From: Haliotis rubra
Lineage: Eukaryota
DNA length: 64,000 nucleotides
Direction of reading: 5' to 3'
NCBI RefSeq assembly: GCF_003918875.1
Contig: NW_025766980.1
Span: 1,798,001-1,862,000 of the forward strand
Shown: positions 1 through 13,030 of the stretch, in pieces
Numbering within the stretch: position 1 is the stretch's first letter
How the letters are laid out: each line of letters opens with the position of its first letter
Program-made: the position numbers and the translations under genes
Notes under the pieces: generated by a model
Database searches by the model: none
Told to the model about the DNA's origin: nothing
The model's input: the letters and a program-made list of their open reading frames with translations, nothing else

Positions 1-1860
1 TCAGCTGAGACAGTCTGTGTTCATCACAACAGCGGAAAGATTCCTCAACTCAGGCCCAGAATCTTGAACCATGAGGGACCTTCAGAGGGAAATTACACAA
101 TGGCTGCCTCGGCTGTCCCAGGAAGATCGCGAGGCCTTCACATTACAATTCAATGTCAGATGTACATAAATTTTATTGTCCCCGGTCTCTTGTTTGTACA
201 ACTATGTAAAAACTATGAGCAAATGTAAATATGTCTGCATTTCTACAATTTTAAACATGTCTATTGTGTTCACATGTAAATATTCCCTGATTTTAGCCTG
301 TCCCGATTTTAACATGTACTACCTGCATGTCTATTTTGTTCACATGTTCACATTGCCTGTCCCAATTTTAACCGTTTTTCATAGTCAGAACGTGTTGCAA
401 ACAACACATCATATCACAACTTATCCCCTCTTTAGATCAGGATTGAACATGCACGTGTCAAGCCGGGTATGAAAGTGGTTCTTGAAGATGAAAAACACAT
501 GGAGAACAACACATGGAAATCGCCGACAATGAGCGGCATGGTGCGACAAGCCGAGAATTTGACAAAGGAGGAGGTGCCGACGATGGAGTTCCTGGTGGTG
601 TTGTCCTTCGAGGGTTCAAGTTCGCAGGCACGGGTTCGCTTCTCAACCATTTCAAGAATGGCCAAGCCTTCATCAACGGTAAGCCCCGTGGAATAAGCTA
701 CACGAAGTAAACGCAGAATGACGTGGTAAACTATTTTGCACCACCACCATGCACAGAAGTGAGGACACGAGAGGGGACCACAGCAGTAGACCCCGCCACA
801 GAGTTGCTGGATCTCTACCAGAACGTCAGGCGGCAGTATGTGATTTTGATATTTCTTAATTGAAACATAGATAAATGATTATGTTTTCAGGGTACTCTTC
901 CATAATTCTACTTTCAGACTAATACCAGAGCAACTCGAGCCACCTACCCAAAACGTCGAAGTCGACCATGAATCGTCATATCACCCTGTAGGTTGCAGTA
1001 ACCAAGCAAAATCACGCAAAAGAGCCAGACAAGGTTGGTCTCAACAAATGTTTAGACTCACTAGTGTAAATATAGATACTTACTTCTGGCAACTGTTCTA
1101 AACTAAATTTTGCAAAATATTCCATACTGTTTAAAGGTACTGTTTGTACATGAACTGATGTATTGTAAAACAAATTCGTAACGTTGAAAATATTATTGTC
1201 ATCAATTCAATCAATGATAAAAAAAACTTTAACAAAAGTTTACACCAAAACGAAACTGTTCACATGTTCAGCAATTTGATGCATGATCCCCGTGCAATTC
1301 ATCTGCATAAGGTTTGCAGTTGGTTCCCCCAAGTTCGTGCAGAAATCAATCTTCGATGTAACCATATATATATACTGAACATCATTGAAAACGCACCACC
1401 TGTATTAGTTTGGATTTCCAAGGGCATAAATGAGTAATCGGTGTAAATTTTACATACTTTTGTAGTCCAATGATTGGTAAAGAAAAGAAACAAGAACCAA
1501 TCCAGCAAAATAGTGAAGTTTTAATTCAGCTGACCATGAAAGAAAGATGGCGTCAAATTGGAAAGTCAGTAACGTGTATGACCACCGTTAGCAGCAACAC
1601 AAGCTGTGCCACGTCTCCTCATTGAACTGATAAGTCTCTGAATAATGTTTTGAGGCAATGCATTCGACTCTTGTTGCAAGGCATTTTCAAGTTCCCCAAG
1701 GTTGTTGATCTGTGGGCGACGTGAGAGGCGTTAGCCGATGTAATCCCACAAGTGTTCAATGGGAGACAAATCTGGTGACAATGCAGGCCATGGAAGTAGA
1801 GGAATGTTGTTGTTTGCCAGAAACTGTGTTGCAACACGTGCAGTGTTCGCTCGAGCATTG
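1..1860. repeat. Tandem segmental duplication, copy 1 (matches 5132-7055; runs off the window start)
   Basis: Near-identical to 5132-7055 from tcagctgagacagtctgtg to ctcgagcattg, with scattered substitutions and small reciprocal indels; the match ends inside the Tc1 transposase. Confidence 0.95.
1048..1860 (-). mobile_element. Tc1 transposon 3' fragment (duplicate of part of 6248-7456)
   Basis: NARANTARVATQFLANNNIPLLPWPALSPDLSPIEHLW...GGHTRY C-terminus; terminal gtttagactcact motif. Confidence 0.9.
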
Positions 1861-2859
1861 CTCATATGTTGTTGTTTTGTATTTTGGGAGGTCTGTCTTA
1901 TGGGAAGATACCTTATATACCTAAAGTGGGATCCGGTTTTCATGCATATCTAAAACTCGTAGCCAATATCTTAATGTTTTACACATTGATTTAATACAAA
2001 GCGGATACCGGCCGCATTCCTCATATACAATTGCATTCGGGGATTGAGGGCAAACATATAAAAATCTTGGACATGCAATTAAACAAACGTTTTATCAAAT
2101 GTGTGCGTACCCCATATTTCTGTGCCATATAATAAGATTGGTTGTATTTGTGTGTCGAATATTTTAAAGAAAACATTACAGTTTATCATTCCGACTTAAC
2201 TTAGATTAATAATACCTTTCATTAATGCACGTTTACCTCTCGCACTAGATCAGCAATACAGCTTCCCAACTTTGATCTTGACATTCCTGGTACCCACCCC
2301 AATCTGATATGCAAAGCGCATAAACTCCTTTTCTCAAGGGCATCGCAGGCAACAAAGCCTTATCGGACTACAGTTAAACCTGTTCAGTTTCATCCGCACG
2401 CCGCCTTCGCAGAATGTTCCATCTGCATGGTCAAGCATGGTCGTCCAGCAAACACGTCGCCGCCTCCTGATATCCAGCCACTACTTGAGGATATCGTGAG
2501 CCTTGATGAACAAACACGTCATCACTTTTACGACGGTTATATTATGAGTATTATGAGTCAAATTGCTAGGTGTTTGTGGGCGTGTATGCGTAAAAAGATA
2601 TTGAGAGTGATGCTAGGTCCTTTGCCAATCAGTATAAAGATAGGGCTTTTTTGGCAAATGTAAACACCCGGACATGGATAGGAGATAGGAATCCGATATT
2701 GATATCACTTTTAGAAACCGGCATGGAAGCTAACAAAACAAATTTACTTCTAACAACAGGGGAAGTGGAACAAATATACAAACTTTATGTCCCTAATTTG
2801 ATCCCCCTTCTCCTTCTCCTTCTCCTTCATACAAAATCTTACCATTTAAACAGTAACGG

Positions 2860-4100
2860 GCAGTCGCTTTGCAGTGGATGTGATGGGCCATGTGGATCCA
2901 GCTGGTTGTTACCAGATGGTGCAGCAATGGTTAAAAGAGCATGGGTCCGGTATCCAGATGGTGCCAGGTCTCATTGTCAATGCATTTGACAACGATCAGG
3001 TTATCGGAAGAAAAAATAGGATCGCTCCGAATCAAGCCACTCTCATATCCGTGATTACCAACTCGTCCACTGTCCAAAATGAAGAACATTTAAAGCCCCA
3101 GACGCAATTAATCTAAAAAACATATGCAAATCTGAAAATAACATGTTGATGCATTTATCTCCATGGAAACAGATGGCAATAGCATTGACATCTGGTGCGG
3201 CATCAAACTCAAGTTGAAAGAATATTAGTTGCACGAACATCAACTCCATATGTTTATTGACAAGGCCATCAAAGTAGTGACACAGGAAAGCAAAGGTAGT
3301 GGGGATGGGGATTTCATAGACATAGTGTTAGGCAGGTTGTCAGAGAAGGGGATTGTTTGTGAAACGTGGGGTTTCTCATTCTTAAAAAAGCACCCAGAAA
3401 TGTGTAGGGTGCAGCGATAGGGAAGGGTTACGGAGGGGAAAGGAAATGACAAGAACTGCTAGGGCCCCTTCAAACCATCAAGATTAAGGACCTGTCGCCG
3501 CGGAATTTTCTCTAAAATTTTCAGATTCTACAGTCATCACAGAGGAGGAAGGGTACAGCCACGTCCCATCAGGCAGCGACTGGAAACATGACATTGTACT
3601 CACTGATCCGCTGTACTCTAATCCGAATAGCTCAGATACAGTTAAGGAGGTGTTGCGCCAGATAGGGGGGGAAAACAACCTGATGCGATATGTTGATTAT
3701 TGTTGTGACGGATGGCATTGTTCAATCATTAAGCAGTTGAAAGAAGCATGTATCCTCCAGGCCTGTCATGAAATCTTTCAGACCAAAAATTATTTGAGTC
3801 TCACAAAACCAACCTGTGTCGATGCGGTTTCGGAATTAGAATTTAATTGGGTGTATCTGAAAATCGGGTCTGGGCATTATGAAATCAATATGATTACATC
3901 CATTTTTAACTCAATTGGACACCTTTTCTACAGTACTATTGTCACGCAATGGGCTTCCAGACTGAAGCGACTAAAAGGTTTGCGAAAACGCAAGCAATCA
4001 CCACAGAGTTGGGCGCTGTTACTTGTGGTTCATCTAAGGCAGTGAGCTCGTCCGCCCATACGTCCGTCATATTCAGACTCCATTCGGCTCTTCATTTATG
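2860..4100 (+). pseudogene. Decayed putative DDE transposase (Academ/DUF6589-like), fragmented by stops and frameshifts
   Basis: Collinear fragments ..NAFDNDQVIG.., ..NPNSSDTVKEVLRQIG.., ..CCDG.., ..EFNWVYLKIGSGHYEINM.., ..MGFQTE..; motif order recalled from Academ-type transposases, not searched. Confidence 0.4.
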
Positions 4101-5131
4101 CCAAATCGAATTACACTTGCCCAAATGCTAGGTATCTAGGTATTCCCAAGGGATCATTAATTTCAGAATGGCCGTACGTAGGAATCACTCCCCTCTCTTT
4201 CTAGAATTGTAACTTGAAAGCATGTTTTTGCTCAATGGTTGTGTGAGAACGAATAGTGTATAAAATGTTGTTTGTATTAAGTGATCAACTAATTAGTGAC
4301 AATTTTAGGTTGTGCTGTTATTTTATGTCACTCCCCGTAAGCAGTTATCTCCCTTGCTGACTGCCAGTTTCTACAGTTTCCGTGAACCGTAATTATTCAC
4401 TCCAACTCCATTGTTTTGATTTGTTCCAACTTGTTAGTTTCAAAACCGCGTGTTTAGCGGGAGCACTTAGATTAGCCTCAAGTGTGATAATGTTTGTAGA
4501 AAAGTATGCAATTCGTCATTATTATCCCCACGATGTGTTTGCATGAAATTGTCAGTTTACTCATTGTATTGTAGTCGCATCCGACTAGGCAAGGAAGCCC
4601 CGTCCGGTTGTGGACAGATGTATCCAAGGTAGTTGGGGGTGAGTTTTATATACCTCAACTGGAAAACGGTGTAAAGTTTCCTTTATTTTTCATGTTAGTT
4701 ATTGTATGTTATTAGTTAGATTAACTTGTGTAAAACTATTAAATAAGAGGTGACATACCCACTGGGTCTGGTATCTTTGCTGGAAGTTATGCAAGTGCTA
4801 TTGGTACAGTTGACTTTGTATGTAAAAGACGCTTTCTTCAATGTGAATGTTTATATTGTACTTTTATGCACTGTTATAATCTAAAATTCTATGGGATTAC
4901 GATGTACAAGTTTCATCTGTGACAGGCCATCCATGATGTTACCATGTATATTGAATGTTTTTGTTTTATTGTTTAGGTCTACCGTCTTCAGTATAAATAA
5001 AATTCAGGGACCAGAGAACGGCTCTGTTCTGCTTTTTACACCTGCGTGGTCGACTTTACTAACGAAGCCAACCTGAGGCGTCAATATTTCATAAAGGTGA
5101 AGGTTCTAGGAGAATATGAAGACATTCTCCC

Positions 5132-7055
5132 TCAGCTGAGACAGTCTGTGTTCATCACAACAGCGGAAAGATTCCTCAACTCAGGCCCAGAATCTTTAAC
5201 GATGAGGGAAATTACACAATGGCTGCCTCGGCTGTCCCAGGAAGATCGCGAGGCCTTCACATTAAAATTCAATGTCAGAGGTACAAAAAAAAGAGTCATA
5301 TATTTTTTTGCAATGAAATAAAGTTTGTATTGAAAGATTGAATGCTTTGTCTTGTTTCGAATAAATACATAAATTTGATTGTCCCTGGTCTCTTGTTTGT
5401 ACAATTATGTAAATACTATGTGCAAATGTAAATATTTCTGCATTTCTACAATTTTAAACATGTCTATTGTGTTCACATGTAAATATTCCCTGATTTTAGC
5501 CTGTCCCGATTTTAACATGTACTACCTGCATGTCTATTTTGTTCACATGTTCACATTGCCTGTCCCAATTTTAACCGTTTTTCATAGTCAGAACGTGTTG
5601 CAAACAACTCATTATATCACATCTTCTCCCTCTTTAGATTAGGATTGAACATGCACGTGTCAAGCCGGGTATGAAAGTGGTTCTTGAAGATGAAAAACAC
5701 ATGGAGGACAAGGAAGCAAAGGAAATCGCCGAAAATGAGCAGCATGGTGCGACAAGCCGAGAAGTTGACAAAGGAGGTGCCGACGATGGAGTTCCTGGAG
5801 GTGTTGTCCTTCGAGGGGGGGATCAATTTCGCAGGCACGGGATCGCTTCTCAACCATTTCAAGAATGGCTAAGCCTTCATCAACGGTAAGCCCCGTGGAA
5901 TAAGCTACACGAAGTACACGCAGAATGACGTGGTAAACTATTTTGCACCACCACCATGCACAGAGGTGAGGACACGAGAGGGACCACAGCAGGAGACCCC
6001 GCCACAGAGTTGCTGGATCTCTACCAGAACGTCAGGCGACAGTATGTGATTTTGATATATCTTAATTGAAACATAGATAAATGATTATGTTTTCAGGGTA
6101 CTCTTCCATAATTCTACTTTCAGACTAATACCAGAGCAACTCGAGCCACTACCCAAAACGTCGACGTCGACCATGAATCGTCATTTCACCCTGTAGGTTG
6201 CAGTAACCAAGCAAAATCACACAAAAGAGCCAGACAAGGTCGGTCTCATTAAAAGTTTAGACTCACTAGTGTAAATGTAGACACTTACTTCAGGCAACTG
6301 TTCTAAACTAAATTTTGCAAATTATTCCATACTGTTTAAAGGTACTGTTTACACATGTATTGTAAAACAAATTCGTAACGTTGAAAAGATTATTGTCATC
6401 AATTCAATAAATGATAAAAATCAGAGAATATTGACGAATTCTTAACAAAACTTTACACCAAAACGAAACTGTTGACATGTTCAGCAATTTGATGCATGAT
6501 CCCCGTGCAATTTCATCTGCATAAGGTTTGCAGTTGGTTCCCCCAAGTTAGTGGAGAAATCAATCTTCGATGTAACCATATATATACTGAACATCATTGA
6601 AAATGCACCACCTGTATTATTTTGGATTTCCAAGGGCATAAATGAGCAATCGGTGTAAATGTTACATACTTTTGTAGTCCAATGATTGGTAAAGAAAAGA
6701 AACAAGAACCAATCCAGCAAAACAGTGAAGTTTTAATTCAGCTGACCATGAAAGAAAGATGGCGTCAAATTGGAAAGTCAGTAACGTGTATGACCACCGT
6801 TAGCAGCAACACAAGCTGTGCAACGTCTCCTCATTGAACTGATAAGTCTCTGAATAATGTTTTGAGGCAATGCATTCCACTCTTGTTGCATGGCATTCTC
6901 AAGTTCCCTAAGGTTGTTGATCTGTGGGCGACGTGAGAGTGAACACGTGTTCAATGGGTGACAAATCTGGTGACGATGCAGGCCATGGTAGTAGAGGAAT
7001 GTTGTTGTTTGCCAGAAACTGTGTTGCAACACGTGCAGTGTGCGCTCGAGCATTG
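5132..7055. repeat. Tandem segmental duplication, copy 2
   Basis: Aligns by eye to 1-1860; period about 5.13-5.2 kb. Confidence 0.95.
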
Positions 7056-7456
7056 TCCTGCTGGAATGTGTGCAGGGGATGTTTGTTAAAGAAGGGAACG
7101 ACGTTGTTCTGAAGAATAGTGTCACTCAGCCACGACAAACTACCAGAGCGGTTTTGTGATGATAACTGATCCCCCCCAGCTTAATTCTTCCGATCTGTTT
7201 GCACAACAGAGTCCTGATGGTAACATTCTCCCCGTCGTCGCCATACCCGTAGACTCCCGTCAGCATTTCGCAAGTGCAAACGTGACTCGTCGGAGAACAC
7301 AACACCATGCCAACGTCGTAACAACCACAAACGGTGCTGTTCAGCCCATCGTCGGCGTTCACGAGGATGTCTATCAGTCAGGATGGGTCCAACATAAGGG
7401 CGTCGACACCTTAATCCTAGGGTATATCGGTAAACGGCAATACTTAATTGTAACAA
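6248..7456 (-). mobile_element. Tc1 transposon, 5'-truncated and frameshifted
   Basis: WHGVVFSDESR, FQQDNARAH, WPASSPDLSPIEH and GGHTRY spread over several frames. Confidence 0.92.
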
Positions 7457-7845
7457 CGTTTATGGCCGGTACACTGAAGGGTTTGGGTTTTTTTTGGTAA
7501 TTTTTACCCATTGAAAAAACAGATCAAAGAAACGATGTTTCGAGGAAATCATTAAATAAATGGAATAAACGCTCTGGATCATCACGCTCGGACACGATAT
7601 TTAATGCGAAAATATATGCATGAAGCTTTGTCACAGTCTTAAATTACTGTTAAAGGAACCATTATTTTTATGTATAAACTTTTAACCTAAATTAGTGTTG
7701 ATGAGTTACATATTTTATATTTGTTTCAGTGTTTCCAGCCTACTACCAGGGACATTTGCCTATGTGGCCGTACCTACGTCCTCAAACCAAACAGTGCCAT
7801 TTGTTGCTGAGGTTGGTTATGTTTCACCGTCGCTAGGCTCCAAAC

Positions 7846-8250
7846 ATCACTCTCCACTATACCCTGGATGCATCCACGGCTTGGCCCGATGATGTTATTA
7901 CCTCCCTTTGCTGGCTCTGCATTCTCACAGTAGCCACAGCTAAGACGCCGTTACATCCGAGCTTGCCAGTGTCAACAAAGATAGCTGTCCCAGTCGCGAA
8001 GGTTTGAGGAAAAAATACAAATTGACAGATCTGAAACTTTCAAAAAATATATAAAAGAACTCCTTCTACCTCTTTCAGAGTACCTCTGCATCAATTGGGT
8101 TGCCAAGTTTAAACGGTTAGATAATTTAAGAAGCGAAAGTGAGTTGTGATTGGTTCGCTCAACTTCCCAGCGTAGACACCTAATTGGATAAAAAGACAGC
8201 CAAGGGAGGTAATAAGCCGTGGATGCATCCAGGGTATAGTGGAGAATGAT
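7846..8250. repeat. Inverted repeat, arms 7846-7908 and 8202-8250
   Basis: tctccactataccctggatgcatccacggctt..ttattacctccctt recurs as its reverse complement with one ~12-nt indel. Confidence 0.85.
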
Positions 8251-8544
8251 CGTAACGTATACCCTGGAGATTATCGAGGATGGGTTCCAAACGGTTAAAA
8301 CCTTACTTGATGACAAATACCAGCATGAGGGATTATTCGGGATTGATTTTCACCGTTGCGTGTGTATTCTAAACAGCTAAAAACATATATTCCCGAAGAT
8401 CCAATATCGACGTGTCAACATCATGAGCTGTCGTCAAATGTGCAAGAAACGGCACTGCATTTTAATTTAACACAAAATTTCCGAATATATCTCGTAGTTA
8501 TTACGATTTGCAGAATACGACGTTCAATCTCTTTAGAGCAAATC

Positions 8545-11500
8545 ACAGACAGACAGACAGACAGTTTTATTCTCAAGAGAACCCACCAACGGTGGTACAT
8601 GAGAAAAGTACAATATAAATTCGCATATGATAATATAATCAATCAAGATGACAGCAATATAAGGTAAATACATATATATATAGTGACATTTTCAATGAAA
8701 TATGACAAAGTAGGTTAGCAATGTTCTCATGCAGCTGCAACTAGTCTAAAGATGATGTTGATGAATTTAGACAGGTTTTTCACTCTGGTTCTAGATAAAC
8801 ATTTTTTTAGCTTGAACATATTAGGTCATTCGTAGAGATCTTTACGTATGTGTATAGACCGCCGCTGGAGAAGGGCTTCACACCTGAACAGGTATTGGAA
8901 CTCATCACCAACCGCCGGGGAATTACATAGATGGCACAAACGTTCCACTCTTGGGGTATCAGACCAGCGTCCGGTTTCAACTGGTAAGTTGTGATTTGTT
9001 GTTCTAAATTTCAAGATTGGATAATAGACGTTTTTAGGTAGATAAAGGTATATTCAAAACATATTTTCTTTAAACATTTTATAGTACACACCTTTCGGGC
9101 TTTCAATAATGGAACTATGCCAGTTCTGCAGGAACTGGTCTTTCAATATTTCTTCAAGTTTTGAAGCTAACCACCGTGAAGAACACATAAACGGATTGTC
9201 AGATATTTCACCTAATCCACAGTTATTTAATATTTTCTTAATGAACGTTGTCCATAGTAGTTTTTCAGTGTTGTCAGTGAAATTACTGCTGAGAAATCTG
9301 TAGATAATATTGGTTAGTTTTGGAGTTTCATTATGACTTGCCATTTTGTGCCAGAATAGAATAGCACGTTTGTATATTTTGATGTAGAGGGGTTCCCTAC
9401 CAAGTTCTCCGTAAATCATATAGTTTGGTGTTGAATTTCGAAGACCTGCCGCCAATTTAAGAAATTTTAAATGAACCTTAGTTTTCCATTAGTTTTATGT
9501 TTTCAAATGCCCAGATTTCAGAGCAGTACATTAGGATCGGAGCAATCAAAGTGTCAAATGCCGATATTAAACAGTCCAACGGTAGATTAACTCGTCGTGC
9601 TTTTGTTGCATTTTCTGCTAAGACTTTAATGGCTTCTACAAATCTCCCGTTTCTGTGTAACTTTATTCCAAGGTAGGTATAAGTATCAACCATTTCGATA
9701 GTTTGATTGCCGAGCGTGAATCTATATTTTAGTTTACTGTTATTAGCAGGCCCGCTTCCAAAAACTATTATTTGGGTTTTGGACAAGTTTACTTTTAGTT
9801 TCCATCGTGAACAATATACATGAAAAGTGTCGAGTGATTGTTGTAAGTCTTCAGGGTCTTCACTGAATACGACAGCATCATCTGCATATAGCAAGACAAT
9901 AAGCTGCAGGCAAAGTATCAATTCGGTTTCGGTTTGGTATTCTAGATTAACACCTTTACTTCCTCGTTTCAGTAGAAAGGGCTCAATATCATTTATAAAA
10001 TGTGAAAACAGAAGTGGCGATAGATTTTCCCCTTGTCTTACTCCCGTGTTGCATGGGAAGAATGAGGATATTTGATTACGTAACATGACAGTGGATTTTA
10101 TATTCTTATACATGTTCTTTACTGAGTTAAGAAATTTACCAGATATTCCACGGTTTAGCAGTTTATACCACAGACCAGCCTTCCACACAGCGTCGAATGC
10201 GTTTGTGAAATCAACAAAGACGCAATAGAGTTTTCGTTTTGTTTGTTTTAAAATTTCCCTAATAGCATGTAGAGCATATACATTGTCGCTTGTAGAGTTA
10301 AAATATTATTTACTTCGACAAACTTACTGAGCCTCGCATTAAGTATACCGAAACAACTGAGAATTGTTATTGGTCTATATGAGTTTGGATCTAGGTGTTC
10401 GCCCTTTTTCTTTATATCGGTCTGATTATACCCTTTAACCAACAGTCTGGTACAAATCCGGAACAAAGTATCAAGTTAAAGAAATGGGTTAGGAGTGGTA
10501 TTAAATGTGTGGAAGCATCAATAAAATAATCATTTTCAACAAAATCTAGTCCAGTAGCTTTATTTCTTTTAAGATTTTTAATTGCTGAAAGGATGTCCTC
10601 ACCCGTAATAACCTTATTTAAGACATTAGTGTCATATTGTTGATCATCTACAACATCATCTGATATATCCTCATTAGATTGGGATTCATTAATGTCTTTA
10701 TAGAACGCAAAGAATGTTTCAATATCAGGTGTATTATCATATTTAGTGACATCCCCTTTACTCAGTAGCTTCCAGTATTCTTTGGGCGAGTGTTTCATAA
10801 GGTCACGAAATTGTTTAGTGGTCTCATATTGAAATTGTCGCATACTTTTGTCCATACATTTTTTATATGTTCTTGACGTTTGATGATAGTGCGTTCTATT
10901 TAATGGAGTGTTACGTGACTTATATTTTCTGTTAGCTTTATGGAATGATTTTCGCATTTTCCTACACTCATTGTTAAACCACGGTTTATCTTTTTGTCTT
11001 TCTATTCCGTTTGGGACGATTCGCGCGAACACTCCTGACGCCGAAAGTTTTGCGTGCAGCGTCCACCAGCACGTTCGTTATGTCTGTTGCAAGCTCGTTG
11101 ACCAGATCTGGGTCAACACCGCGTTCGCTTGCGCATTGTGTTCGCTCAGTGAGACGTGCGATATTATCAACATTTATATTATTGCAGTAGAGGTCCGATT
11201 TTTTGGCATCATATCGTAACGGTTTGCCTATAGTAATGTTATCTTCCATTGGATTTACCGAGGGATGGACACTCTCATTGGTGATGTTTCTATGGGATTT
11301 TAAAACAAATCGAACAGGGCAGTGGACATCTGAATATGATGGTGAGTAATCAATTATTTCAAAATTAACAAAAGACATGGACATGATGGTGACAAAATAA
11401 CATAGTCCACAACAGATTTGCCTTTACATGTTGCTTTGCCGATTGTTTTGTCTGAACCAACTCTTCCATTACAGATAAAGAGATTTAAATTCTTACACAG

Positions 11501-11800
11501 TTCTATCAATTTAAACCCAAAGTTGTTAGCCCCACCTTTATCTTGTGTGTACCTCTGGTGTGGTAGGCTCAGTTTGTCTAATATATTCAGAGGGTTAATA
11601 TCATTTTCAAGTTGTGGTACGTCCATTTCGAAATCATCCATTTCGAAATCATCAACAATGTGCTTATCAAGTAAAAGGTAATCACACATAGTGTTAGTTC
11701 TGGCACTGAAATCCCCCATAAGGCTGACATAATCACTGACAGATAGATAGTGTAATAGGGATTGTTCAATCTCATTAAATGCGTTACAATTCACATAAAG
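8545..11800 (-). mobile_element. Non-LTR retrotransposon (LINE; RTE-X-like clade tentative), 5'-truncated, decayed ORF2
   Basis: APE motifs (MGDFSART, VVDYVILS, SDVHCP), RT motifs (YRPITILSC, GVRQGENLSPLLF, LLYADD), C-terminal YGELGREPL and ETGRW..RLCHLC..DEFQYLFRC; 3' AATAAAA followed by a (CTGT)n tail. Confidence 0.92.
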
Positions 11801-11994
11801 TGTGCATTCCGAGATCAGGAAACCGGTTCATTCGCGACTGTCAATTAACCATCACGCTTGGGGATTTTATGGGACGCTTTAATAATTCCACGTCGTGTTC
11901 GCACCCGGCGTTGTTGGTTTCACGGTGATTGCTTTAATTAGTATCTGGAGCTTCACTTAGTTCTGCGGAGCGCACCCGTCTCGCGAACAAGAGA

Positions 11995-12058
11995 CGGTAG
12001 GCCGTCTCGCGTACACGGTAGGTCGTCTCGCGTACACGGTAGGTCGTCTCGCGTACAC
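11995..12058. repeat. 21-bp tandem repeat x3 (cggtaggtcgtctcgcgtaca)
   Basis: Seen directly. Confidence 0.85.
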
Positions 12059-12389
12059 GTTACGTCTCTGACTGATAAAGGTGAATAATCAGTCCTAGCG
12101 AAATTATTTTCATTTCGGAATATGTCTAGCGTGAACATTGAAACAAACTTGAAAAACCAGATATCCACAAAAGACTTAAAGATATCTTAAAGACCTAGAT
12201 GGAATTATAAAAATCACAGAAAATGTACCCCGCAATTCAAGGGAGACAACCCCATGTTGCTCAGTGGCTGACTACACCATTGTGAAGGCTCACGGTGAAC
12301 GTGATGACCTCAAATTTGAACATCTGTTATATCCAAAATTCATTTGGCAAATGGAAAACAAACTTCGAGAACTGTTGGGATGGATGTTA

Positions 12390-13030
12390 TATATGATACT
12401 TCAAGTGTGATAAATCCATATATATATCACGCAAGTCTTGAGCCAAGAATATCGCATTACGTTCAGTTCGGTCAACGAGAATTCAAGTTTGTTTATTATC
12501 TGAGTGTCATGAGAGCGATTCACGTTGCTGGCTTCGATATGGTGTTTTATCACGGAAATAAGGAACCTTTATGAACTAAGGAACGGAGAAAACATAACGC
12601 TTGGTCACACAGAACAACCAGAATTTGTATGGTAACGGAAAAAGAGTCGGCGCAATCGAGCGGCGTTATTAAGACATATATACTTTTTCAATATGGCGGA
12701 GTGCATCAGGACCCGGATTAGCTATTGTTGAATCACGTTAGTGATAAATATTTAACGGACGAAGACGGTTTAGGATTTGATTGGGTGAAAGTTGAACTAT
12801 GTCCGGAAACGTTAAGTATTGGAGTTTGCTCTGCCAAAAAAGCGTCAAGATTTATTGAAGAATATATCAAAACATTATGGACTATCCTGACGAAACGTGG
12901 ATCTTCAAGTCAGCCGTGACGATCTCCATGACATACGAAAGATTTACTAGTTTGTTGTTTGCAGACAGACATCTTCAAGTTTTGTGTTACAGACGGAAGT
13001 GCCATCCGCCATGGTTATGGGGTTCTAACG
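12390..13030 (+). pseudogene. Glycosyltransferase family 32 (DXD sugar-binding; alpha-1,4-GlcNAc/Gal transferase-like) pseudogene
   Basis: PRISHYVQFGQREFKFVYYLSV..FYHGNKEP, ILFQYGGVHQDPD* (YGG..DxD motif followed by an in-frame TAG), SRFIEEY..W..LQVLC; frameshifts and stops, no introns seen. Confidence 0.7.

Noticed and set aside
4326-4755. Possible solo LTR (TGTCAC...GTGACA)
   Set aside because: No TSD and no second copy; insufficient support.
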